From the NCBI GenBank assembly GCA_964057225.1, contig OZ059897.1, positions 8,370,001 through 8,434,000 on the forward strand: a DNA stretch of 64,000 bases, in the 5' to 3' direction. Made by a program: the position numbers and the translations under genes. The stretch is from Auanema rhodensis (taxonomy: Eukaryota; Animalia; Nematoda). The notes under the pieces were generated by a model, which was not told where the DNA came from, did not search any database, and saw nothing but the letters and a program-made list of their open reading frames with translations. Of the stretch, positions 13,501-25,677 are shown in pieces. Position 1 is the first letter of the stretch, and the number at the start of each line of letters is the position of its first letter.

Positions 13501-13787
13501 CAATACACCTGGAAGAGATGAAGATGAATCAAATCAAGCTATCTCGGTTTTGAACCTCTGGAAAATCCAGTCGTCTGCCATCTATTCCTGCCAAATAGCA
13601 ACGAGACAGAAACGCCTGATTTTCATTGGATGGAGTTGGAGGTTCCTCCTAAATCGAATCAATTTGGTCAAAACATATTGTGGTTTTCAGAATATACTTC
13701 ATCAGGGCTTCCTTCCTGGCTGGACGATGGACTGAATTTACTACGGAGCAGACCACGTACATGTCGCCGAAGGAACGACGAAGGCAT
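3020..13787 (-). CDS. PP2C-like domain-containing protein (Drosophila CG9801 type), multi-exon with long 5' introns
   Basis: Start [19 protein letters not shown] (13787). Later exons give [12 protein letters not shown], an acidic exon (13098-12926), [69 protein letters not shown] and [10 protein letters not shown], so the PP2C metal-binding Asp motifs are present. The last exon ends ..PIRTSVQ* at 3020. Exon use between about 6440 and 12925 is uncertain. Confidence 0.85.
5449..5526. repeat. Intronic 32-bp tandem repeat (about 2.4 copies) with a TTACGTGA(A/C)CTTTG core
   Basis: Units ttacgtgacctttgagtgtaagcctctgacag / ttacgtgaactttgacggcaagcctttgacag / ttacgtgaactttg, inside an intron of the PP2C-like gene. 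Confidence 0.85.
7500..7530. repeat. (GA)n microsatellite
   Basis: Perfect GA run read directly. Confidence 0.9.
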
Positions 13788-15897
13788 CTTTCGTCTGGAG
13801 CCGACGTTACTCTGTGGTGCGCTCCGTCAGAGGGATGCAGACACGAGAAATCCACAAAGCCTGGAAGGCAAGAAATAGCATATGATATGAAGTGAGCGAA
13901 ACGTTTTCAATATAATCGAAGCGATCAGGAAGAAGAATTAAAAATTGCTCAAAGAAATAGAAAATGGCTAATCGACGTTGCTGCATATCATAGGGATATT
14001 CATATATCCCTCGGCTTATGTGCTAGAATCCGGTCATGACCTGAGAAATCACAATGGAATTTATAGAATCAAGATATCATGAGGGAGAAAATGGTGAGGG
14101 AGATGATATATGAGGTAAAGAAAAAGGAGGGAAATAGCGAAGAGCGAGACACAGAAAATATAATATATGAATAAGATATAGGAGGGAAATAAATTGTAAT
14201 AGAGGCTTGCCTAGTGGTCAGGTTAAGCTAAGCCTTGGACATCAATCGTTTGTGGAACGAGATCGAGAGTGACGAGGAAAACAGCGGCAAAGAGATTGGG
14301 AATGCCAGAGAAATTGAGGTAAGATAGAGACTAAAAGGTGACATGATGATCAGGTTGTAAGGATAAAGTATAAAAGATTTATCAAGTTGTTTCAAGGAGT
14401 TGAAAAGAAAGAAAACTCAGCAATGGCAACACAAAATAAGTTTGAATGCCAAAAGTATATTTGATTAGCGTATATTCAATAATATAAATAAGCCAAACAA
14501 GGAAGAGATGGTCTTAATAGTAACAGACGTGATACAAACTAAAATCTTATAAAAGAGAAGATGACAGAAGAAAGTGAATGAATATGAGTGAGAAAGAGGG
14601 AAGGCAACATGTGCCGGTGAAGTATATACAAAAGAGAAAAGTAAACTAAGTCATTGAAACTGCCCAAAATCACAGAAGAATTTACCATTTGAGTAACTGT
14701 TGGAGGAGTACCGGTTCCGGCAATGAGTGTGTTCATCAGACGGTATAGAATAGTATTCCGGTTCGAATTGTAATTTGCGCAAAGAACGAAACATAACACC
14801 AATTAGACATGAATACTATTCTAAATTTGTTTCTCTCCATCTCTCCCTCTCTCTTTTACTCACTCTTACTCACTTTCTTCATCTCTTTTTCTATCATTCT
14901 TAGTCATGTATACGCATTTATACATAACATCTTTTCATCATAACATCGTTACAGATGTAGTCCTGACCATCATCGTCATTATCGGTGACGACGACTACGA
15001 CGATCTTCATCACATAGTCATCATCATCGGCAAATCTATTCAGTCATTTAGTCAGGTTGTCCGTTCATTTGGTTCATCCTCCTCGCCTTTCAACTGTCTT
15101 TATCAACGTCAATTGCAAGAGATGAAGTGCTGGATGGAGAAATGAAAGAACAGGGAATAGCAAGAGAGAGGAAAGGCAGAGGGTCATACAAACAAAATGA
15201 GTGGAAGAGAAAGAGAATTACAGGTTTATCGACATATAAGGTCATATGATGCTTTTCTCAGTCAAAGACATAAGGAGATATCACATAAAACATACACACG
15301 CAGGACTGAGGCTGGATAAGGACCAGCCTACTCTGACCTCGCACACGCACATACACAAGAGCTTTTGCAAGCTAGAAGGAGAGAGAGAGCGACGGAAGTC
15401 GGCCAGCCGTTGGGTGACGCTTCCCAACAGAACTAGAAATGAGACGGACAGATGACGAACAAGAGAGTAGTAAGAATCACTAAGAAAAACTTCATTTACA
15501 TATAAAGTAAAATAGGACCTCTATGAGGTATTCTGCCCCTGTTTAAACAAATAAGTATTCAACATGAACATAATAATATGTGCATGGGCGGGAGAAGAGA
15601 GAAGAGACATCGATAACACCAGCTGGACAACACACAACCAACACGAATCGGCTGCTGCCCGTTTCAGTGGACAATTGAATTGACCGCGCCCCCCTTGGAT
15701 TACGCTAGCTTGGTGCTACTTGGCACATTTTTCGTGCTGACGTTTAGTTTTAAGTTCATATGCTTAACTTGAACTTTTACTATTAAAAGATCGTAGTTCT
15801 ATTTCTTATTTGGAATTGAGTTAATTACTGTCCTTAAAGATTTTTATTTGATTGATAAAATAATAAAATAAAACCATAAAGTCTTATTAAAACAGGA

Positions 15898-17199
15898 ATG
15901 GATCCATCACTTTTACGGCAGACGTTAGCGTTTCAAAAAAGCGCAGCTAAAAATGTGTCTGTTCAACAAAGACCTCAGGTTTTCAATTTTATTAATAAAA
16001 ATATTTAAAATTATTTCATATAGCCTGGTGCATCTTCTAGCCATACAACATATAATGCAGAAGCTGCAAAAAAAAAGAAAAAAGCAGCGCAGCCAAGTGC
16101 TAAAAGTATGCATTTATTTTAATAACTTTGTATCTATTTACCTATAGGTAATACCGATTTTGATTTTAAAACCGCGGTATCGTATTCCAATGCTACGAAT
16201 TTCCAAAACATGGCTAAAATAGTAGATTATATGAAGGTATTGATGCGTGGAAATTGAAAAAAAAAATTCATTTTATCAATTTAGAAAAGGCATTTAAGTT
16301 CGCAGCACTGGGCTTTATCATTAGATGAAATATTAGACGAAATACAGGTACACGATCTCTCGAAAAAAACTGAAGCTTGGTTAAAAGAGGTAAGTCTAAA
16401 GTTGAAACTTGAAAAAAATGTTGTTTAAGGCACTAGCTAAAAATCCTAAATTGCAAGTAGATGAGAATGGTAAATTCACTTATCAACCTCCTCTAAAAAT
16501 CAAAAACAAAGCTACCTTGGTAATTTTTTACTCAATTTATTTGATTTTATTTAATCTGTACAAATCCAAACTTTCCCAATTCAGGTTAGTGTTGTTAGAA
16601 AGTTCCATGAAGATGGCAAAGGTGGAGTATTATTATCACAAATTAATGAATGTATACCAAATGCGGATAAATTACTAGAAGTAAGTAAAGTTTGTTTTTC
16701 ATATAAATTGATTCAAATTTAGGCTATCGGTAAAGAAATAATTGTTGTTTCTACTCAAGTGAATAAAAGAAAAGATAAAGTTGTGTTTTGGAATGATATG
16801 GGTTTCGATTTCCCTATTGATGATGGTTAGTAGTTGATTTATTTTTTTCAATTATTCGAACTCTTCCAATCAGTATACTTAATCAAATGTGCTTCTATGC
16901 TCATTAACTAATTTCGATAAAATATTTTTCTTCTTGCAGAATTCAAAGCTGTTTGGAGAAATGTTTCAGTAGATCATCTGGATGAGAAGAAAATCGAAGA
17001 ATATTTGCAGAAACATGGAATTGATGCTATGAGGGTCAGTTTTGTGATAGATTAAAAAAAATTCATAAACATACTTCAGGATCTTGCGCCCAAGAAGCTC
17101 TTAGGGCCTCCCAAAAGAAAACCTCCCAAGCGTAGAAATAACACTAAAATTCATAACGAACATCTTGAAGGAATACTTAAGGATTATGAAGAAGGATAA
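15898..17199 (+). CDS. gtf-2E2: Transcription initiation factor IIE subunit beta
   Basis: Spliced product MDPSLLRQTLAFQKSA...MAKIVDYMKKRH...LSLDEILDE...ALAKNPK...KFTYQPPLKIKNK...GKGGVLLSQINECIP...DEFKAVWRNVSVDHLDEKKIEEYLQKHGI...KIHNEHLEGILKDYEEG*, which carries the typical TFIIE-beta motifs. Confidence 0.93.
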
Positions 17200-17383
17200 T
17201 AATAAGCTGTTCATTTAATGATTTATATAGTTCATTATAACATGTTTGTAAATAATTATAATATGGGTAAATTTCTAAATTATATTTTGTTTTTTTACAT
17301 GAAATATTATTATTGGAATGATCCTCTTTCGTTTCTTTATCTTTCCTTCGCATCACTTATGTATGAATCTCTTTCTTCTTCAG

Positions 17384-19637
17384 ATGCTTCAGAGATTTGG
17401 AAAACGATTCTTGACCAGTAAACGTTTTTTTTTCAAAAAAGCTGAAAGAAATTCTATTTTCAAAACGCTCAGCAGTAGCGATATCAGCTTTTTTGAAAAG
17501 CTTATTGGCACCCAAAACGTGCTTCAGAATGACTTAGAAAGTTATAACAGTGACTGGTCGAAATGGTACAAAGGCATGACTCTTAAATTCGTTCATGTTC
17601 CATAATTAGTTTCTATTCTCCACTTTAGGAAGTTCAACATGTGTACTTTTGCCTGGCTCGTCGGAAGAAACTTCTGCCCTTTTAGCTTATTGCTCAAAGA
17701 ATAGAATAGCTGTTGTTCCTCAGGTCGTACCTTAGTTGAAAGGATAGGTTCGAATTATTGAAATAGGCCGGTAATACGGGATTAGTTGGTGGATCTATTC
17801 CCATTCATGATGAAGTTGTGATATCTATAAAAAGACTAAGAAATCATTTCCATTTTAACGATATTACAGGTAGAATTAACATGTAAACTACAGTTAAACT
17901 ATTTTCTGAGATTATCCTTAGGCATTCTTTCATGTGATGCTGGCTTCATCCTTGAAGAATTAGATAATAAAATTGGAGAAAAAGGCTATATGATGCCATT
18001 CGATCTTGGTGCTAAAGGCACCTGTATGATTGGTGGAAACATTGCAACATGTGCTGGAGGTATTCGTTTGCTCAGATACGGTAGTCTTCATGCTCACCTG
18101 CTCGGATTGACTGCTGTACACCATTCTAACTGAAAACAATCTAAAACAAAGTCTTAGGTTTTACCTGATGAAGCTGGAACTATTCTGAAAATGGGAACTC
18201 CTTTGCGAAAAGACAACACAACGTTGCATGTGCCGCATCTTTTCCTCGGGAGTGAAGGACATTTGGGAATCATCACAAGGTTTTTCGTTAAATAAGAAAA
18301 TCTCATTTTAGAATATTTCATTTAATCTGAAACTATAATAGGGTGGTGATGACTGCGGTTCCGAAGCCAATGAGTGTTCAAAGTGCAATGCTCGGCGCTG
18401 AATCATTTGATGCTTGCCGACAAATACTCCGCTTAGCTCGATCGCAACTTTCCGAAGTATGAACGATGAAGAAGAATTTGAATAAGATTCACAAATTTTT
18501 AGATTTTATCTTCGTTTGAATTCATGGATCGTCCAACCATGGACTGCTTGAAAGAAACTCTGGACCTAGACAATGTTATAACTTCGAATCCAGCTTTTAA
18601 TTTGTTAATAGAAACATCTGGTATGATATTTGGCATAATGATTCAATATCCAGAATTTATCACACTAAATGTAGAAAATTCATTTATAAATATAGATAAA
18701 AGCACATTTGAAACATTAAACTTGATAAAAAATTTCCCTTTAAATGAAAATTCATAGATTTGACGCAAATAATCTGAAATCCTGGGGATTATTTGCTTAA
18801 GATTATGATTAATAAATCAATTTAGAGGTTTTATGCGGGCAAAACTTATATTATCGTTAATAGAAGTTTTCGCAGTTTGGAACGTGATCGTTTAGGTTCG
18901 AATGAAGCACATGACCGCGCAAAGATGGACACTTTCCTTGAGCAGTGCATATCCAGCGGACTGGCTGTGGATGGTGTTCAGGTTCTTTCTCCCTTTTTTA
19001 TTGCGTTCAACATCAATCAGAACTGATTACGGTCTAATAAGATTAGATGAAAGCTGGAGTTATTCTTCATTTCGAACTTTGTTCTCCATTTCAGGCTAAA
19101 TCTCAATTAGATGTCAATCAAATGTGGAAATTGCGTGAATCGGCGCCATTATCCGTAGCCAAGGATGGTTGGGTTTATAAGCATGATGTTTCGCTTCCTT
19201 TGGAAAGCTTTTACGAATTATCTGAGGTTTCTTAGTACAGTCAATCATATGTAATTGATATATCATTAGGAAGTCAAAAAGAAATTTGAGACTAAGGTTA
19301 AGCGAATCGTAACATATGGACATCTCGGAGATGGAAATAGTCACTTGAACATCACAACAGAAAAATTCGATCCTGATCTTTATAAGCAGTATGTTTACTT
19401 CCTTAATCAAAGTGCAAGCCTTTTCTAAAATTTCCGCGTTTCAGACTTTATCCATTTTTATATGAATGGGTTGTAAATCATGGAGGTTCAATCTCAGCTG
19501 AACATGGGATTGGCCAAATGAAACTTCCTTATGCTAAATTGGGAAAAAGTGCCGAGGAAATAAAAATATTGAAACAGCTTAAAGCTGTATTTGATCCAAA
19601 TGGTATTATGAACCCATATAAGCTTATTCCAAATTGA
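17384..19637 (+). CDS. dhgd-1: Mitochondrial D-2-hydroxyglutarate dehydrogenase (FAD-linked oxidase family)
   Basis: Motifs [84 protein letters not shown] and [11 protein letters not shown]. The basic N-terminus resembles a mitochondrial presequence. Confidence 0.95.
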
Positions 19638-19755
19638 GAAAAACATAAATATATTTTAGAAAATGAATTATTTACTATGTAAATCTTTAAATTACAATTT
19701 ATTGGCAATAACAATAGATTAAGGAATCAAATTAATGTAATAGACGTATTGAGTT

Positions 19756-21381
19756 CTACCAGTTTCCGCTGGCAGTGTTGTGCATCCATTTATCCACAAT
19801 GGTCACATTGTACGAAGTTACAAAGTCAATTAGACGGTTTGAACGATCAATTGTCTTTCCTTGATTTGCAGCATATTCTGTATCTTCATTATTCCACAGA
19901 ACATCAACCCAATCCACAACTACCTGACCTCTGTAGAAAAGTTTTTTTATATATTGAATGGAAATGTTATGATATTGAGAATGTATGTATGCATACCTTG
20001 TATATTTCCCAGATAATTCAACATTAACTCGGAATGATGTGTGTTTTCGGATGACTAATTCAGGATGAATAGCAGTTGCTACTGCGATTTCATCACAATA
20101 TGAATATTGTCTTCCGTTTCTAGCCATCATATCGCGTCCTGAATCAATCATGTTTAGATATTTAAATTCTGGGGGGGGGGGGGCTATAGAGTTATGGGTT
20201 TTTACAAGTATCGATACTCACCTATACTTGTAGCAGTTGATAAGAATGAAGCCAATGGTGTCTTATATGTCATATGAGCATTGAAATCAACTTCTTTTTC
20301 ATGCTAAAACTCTAGTTATTTGAAGTCACACCTTCATCTGATATACCTGTGGTCCTTCGAGGAAGAAAGCTTCCCATGGAACTACAGTAATATCTGTCTC
20401 CATTTCCTTCAATACAATAGCAGCTGCTTCTGGATCTCCGTGAAAATTGAATTCAGCTGACGAGTTTGAGTCAACATTTCCAATTCCTACAATTGAAATA
20501 ATGATTGTTGAATTCTGCAGTTTGATCTACCATAATAATTTCCTCCCATAATTACGACCTTTTTAGGCTGTTTAGCAAATTCTGGATCAAGTTTTATTGC
20601 TAAAGCAATGTTAGTCAATGGTCCTATACAAACTAGTGTGATATTAGGATTTTCGCGTGTCAGCTTAATGAGTGCCAAAGCAGCATGGTCAGACTCTGTA
20701 ACTTCGAAATCTTTCGTCAAAACCTGAAACAAAAGGCGTAAATTTTGGATAACAAATGGATACATACCTCTGGAAAAGCTTTTGGCTGGTCTCCAATTCC
20801 GTCTTTTCCAAAGAAAATATTTTCACTTTCAACTATTCCTGGCTTTTTAATGATTGGATTTGCTGCTCCCTTGTAAATTGGAATGGGCTTCTGTAGCATT
20901 TGTAAGATTATGTATTTCATTTCATGTATTAGTTGAATCTTACAGTAACATTATTAGCTCTTTGAGCTCGAGCAACATTAGCTGAAGCTTGATCTACAGT
21001 AGTACATCCATGAACTGTAGTAAAAGCTAAAACCTAAAAAGAAAAATTGAAATATTTCATTTATTGATTATCGTTGTGTTATAATATTTGTTTTTTGTGT
21101 TGAGTTGTGTTCATGAGATATTTCGAACGAACTAGAATAATGGAAAACAAACTTCAGCATCGGGATGCTGCATAGCCAGTGATATAGCTCTGATGTCGTC
21201 AGAAACGCCATCAGTATCTGAAATAAATGAAGACGATATTACTGATAAACAAACTTTTTGGCTACTTTTTCAAAAGAAAAACAAGTAAATGTATGTTGAA
21301 ACAAGCTATATGATACATATATGTTTTGAAATTTGAAAAAAAAGCAAAAAACTTACCAATTATAAGTTGAACTTTCGGCAT
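19756..21381 (-). CDS. Inosine/uridine-preferring nucleoside hydrolase family protein
   Basis: MPKVQLII|DTDGVSDD (DxDxxxDD Ca-binding motif), [55 protein letters not shown] and TRGQVVVDW. Confidence 0.93.
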
Positions 21382-23325
21382 TTTTCTGCTAGATTGAGCA
21401 GTAGAACTAAGTGAAATGCCAATAAGTAAGAACACGTAGAGATTAGATAAGACTGAAACAAAAACGTTCGATAAGCATCTTATGAAGATTATTCGTATAC
21501 AACGACTACATTGAGGACGCTGATAAGCTTATTAAAACTGTTTTAGGTGTTATAATCACTATAACTTAGAATTGTATGTCATGTCCTTTAATTCCAAACA
21601 ATAAGTTTCAAAGTATTTTCTACGAAAAAAATATGTTTCAAAGCTATAAGTACTTAATAATAATATTTACTTATGCTCTAAAAAGTTTATACCTATGATT
21701 AGAGCAATAATATTTCTAATCTAACCTACTTTTAAAGTTATTTCTCTTTCAAAATACTATTTGGATATTTTTTTTTCTTTAAATGAAAATGAACAAAAGA
21801 AAAAGAAAAACTTTACGATTTCAGATATTGATATATAATATTTTTTCTTTGAACCGTTTATGGTTGAAAAGTCACAAAGACTCGTGCGAGATATACAACC
21901 GGTTCTACTGGAAGTTTCAAATCAAAATAGAACAAACCTCGACATCTGTGAAACAATGACGATATGAGCCGAGTACTCATCGTTTCCTATGTTGGTCACT
22001 TCTGATTTATCTGAAATCATATCATAATAACTAATTATCCTTTATACTAGTTGCTATGTTGTGGGTCTGATTTCGCTAATGGCTGCTGACACATTGCCAT
22101 TTTCAAACTTTGAAATTCTTGAGCATGTATGAGTAAAGAGCATCGAAGCGAATAAGAAATGGAGCAATTAGGTTTTGAACAACAAAGATCTATAGTATAT
22201 GATAGCTTTCTAATAATATATTCGATGGAACTTTTAGTGCCTTGTTGGAGAGAAACATAGAAGCCTGAATTTGAATGAGATTTCATTTCAAATTGTTTCC
22301 AAATATCATTTTCATACATATCATATGGTAATTAATTGAAAATTATAATTATAATCATAATATATGCATAAATAGCATAAATCAAAATACGAAAATTTCA
22401 TTTGATAGATATGAAGGGAGAGAGAGAAGGGGGGACAGAGAGAGAGAGAGAAATAATCGACAAAATATGGTATAAAGTACAAAAAACATTGAAATTTAGA
22501 AATTGTAATTGTGCTTGTGCTTTTATTACAAAACTATTATATTTTATCCTACAACTCAAATAACGTTTTGAGAGTTATTTAATAATATTATCAAATAATG
22601 AGTGAATCTGATCAAATATCTTATTGCATTACATTACAAATTACAAATTATAGCGAATAAGTTGGTGAAAGTTCATCATGTTTCGTCATAAAATTACAAA
22701 AATCTGCTTCTGCTGCTGCATAGATGTTGAGAGAACATTTCGAAGATAAAGTTATGCATAAAGACAGAAAGAGAAAGTGATTTTCATCTTTTAAACTCAT
22801 AGCTTTGACCTTTAATTAAAGTGCCAAATTCTATTGTTACATGGAACTGTATATCAGGATGTTAAGTTCAATTTCTCAAAATGATTTATCAAATTGGAAG
22901 AAAGGTTATGAACACACAGTCGTTTTCATTTTATTTGCCGAAATTAATTCATTTTGCGAGTTTATTAGAGTTCAAAATACATTAGGAATGCTACTGCTAT
23001 ATGAATGGGTTGAGGAAGAAAAAATTGAAATTAGATTATTGCTGAAAGTTGGTGAAACATTTCTGAGAACATTGAGCACGTACTAAGATGAATGACAGCA
23101 AATGTTGTAACTATAAGCTGTTAGCTTACAATACTTGTTACTTCTCCCTCGGAACAAAGCTTATTTAACAATCAGTATGACTGACAAAAGTTTTTTCTGT
23201 TTAGTTTCTTTGCTCAAACATATAGTTCTGTATGTTATTACAATATTATTATTTGTAAAAGAAGTATAAAAAATGGCTAAAGCTTTATGTAAGCAAATTC
23301 AAAGCTTTCAAAAGATATTCGTGTA

Positions 23326-23328
<3 letters not shown>

Positions 23329-23366
<38 letters not shown>
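23329..23366. repeat. (TC)n microsatellite
   Basis: Perfect TC run. Confidence 0.9.
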
Positions 23367-23372
<6 letters not shown>

Positions 23373-24403
23373 AATAACTGTCTCCCTTTCTCCTGTGCGA
23401 AGAACATTTAGAAAAGCATATGACAGTAAAAGATTCATGAACAACGACTTTCTTAGAAGGTTCATGACTTTCTACTTTCTCGCAGAGAATATTTAGTCTA
23501 AATTTTGAATGAAACGAAATGATTGAATGAGGAAATCTTAATATTATAACGCATTTTCTTATCGTTTTGATAGCTAATTATACATTATATAGCATATGAT
23601 TAAGTTTGAAATAGTTGAAATCTATGCCGCCATTCACACACACTTTTGTCGGCAATCAGATTAGCCGATGGGGGAAAAGAAAAAAAAATGATATATTAGT
23701 TGATTTCTTTATTAAAATATATTAAAATACACATCATTTATTGATTTTGGAGAAATTACTGAAGTCATACAATCTATATTATATGGTTTCATATAGTATT
23801 GTTTACTTGCAAATATGAATATAAAGACAATGAAGATGAATGATAATAGATGAGAGAAGGAGACCTGTATATCATGTCGAACCAAAGATGCCTCATAATC
23901 CTTTCCTTTCAAATCTTTTCATATCCATTTTACTATTAGTTAAATCTTTTAAAATTTCTTGCTTATTAAATCTATTATCAGAGAGGAAAATTCAAATAAA
24001 ATGAGATAGACTGAGATAGAGATGGAAAGCATAGGAAGAGAAGAGTCATCCTCATAGCGTTTCCATAGAAATTCATTCTTTTCTCTGTGCTACCCCAATT
24101 TTCAAATTTCAATTCAAAGAAGGCTGTCTTTATATGTCTTTATTAAACTAACTAAGCCATATATATCTATACCTATACATACATATCAATCATTTTATAA
24201 ACATATTTTGAAGTATTTCATGAGATTCATGAAGCTTCTGCAATATTTTGCCTTGAATCGTAAAACTGTTGCATGTCCTCAGCATTCCAATCGTTTAAAC
24301 CATTTTTTCTGCTAAAATTTAATTCCCATATTCAGTTTTCCATCAATATTTCTTTATAAATATTAAAAAAATTGTTCTTTTTACACTTTTTTTTCTGCAG
24401 AAC

Positions 24404-25608
24404 ATGGATAAATCAGAAACCTATTATCCTTCTGATAAGCAACAGCTGCTTGATCTGGTATGTTAACTCTATCATATAATCTATTCATATTTCCTTAAAT
24501 AATAGAATAAACATATTCTATTCTATAGGTTTATAACGATTTGATTGAAATGACTACAACACATACAATTAATTTTGGCTTGATAACAGAAGATTCAGCA
24601 TTTGATAACTTGGAGTGTATGACGACTAGAATATGGCAGCTTCGTCATGATGGCAAGCTGAGAAAGGTATTTGTTGCTTCAAGATGCCATATTCATACAC
24701 TTTTTTTCTTTTGTCAACTTTTTTTTTGCGAATTTTCATCTATTCAAATATGTATTTTGCAGTTTTTTTTTGTGAATATTTCCTCTCTTTCAGATTTTTC
24801 ATATGCGTAATTCGAATGGGGAAACTCTTATGGAAAGAGCTACACGTGAAGAGCAAAAGCGATGTGCATATCTGATCTATCGTTTGATGAAGAATGAAGA
24901 TTCTCGATATCGAGCACAAGTTTGTTAATTGGAAAAAAACACTTTTGAAAGCACAAACTATGGGGAAAAGTATAAAAAAATATTTTGAAACATGCTAAAC
25001 TATTCATTTTTAAAAAAAATATTGGAAGCAATCAAAAATTACAATTATAGAGTATATCTATTAAATTATTTTATTTTGATTTTATCTTTTTTCTTTGTTT
25101 ACCTATTCAAACAGAATTGAGAGTAGAATAGACTAACTGGAATTAAGAGAGAAAGAGAGAAAGAAAGAGAGTGGGAGAGGGGGAGTTGTCGCGGCCAAAC
25201 AACGCATTACGGTTATTTTCTAAAACAGTTTCATTTTTTTTTTTGAAAAAAAAGCGGAACATAGTAAATTGATTATAAACCCTTTTGTGCATTTATAAAA
25301 GAAAATATTCAACCCTCCCCCCTCGGTACCACAAAATAGCTTATTGTATTGCCATGTGACTGTTCTTCGTTCCATTTTTATGAAATCTAGACTTTCAAGT
25401 GAATGTTTCGTATTTTCAGCGATTTCTTTAACTATATTATGAAATTATTAGCAATAATTATCAAATTGTAATTTAATATCATAATATTTGCAGGTAGACA
25501 GATAGGCTAGAAAGGGTGAAGAAAGAGATAGCAAGAAAAGTCAAGAAAGGAAAGAAAATTTAATGAAAGAGCGAGGTAAAATGAAATAAAAAAAGAGAGA
25601 GAGAATAT

Positions 25609-25677
<69 letters not shown>

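Noticed and set aside
21800-22320. Possible small minus-strand spliced gene upstream of the nucleoside hydrolase
   Set aside because: Splice-like sites exist, but I could not assemble a stop-free model with a start codon.
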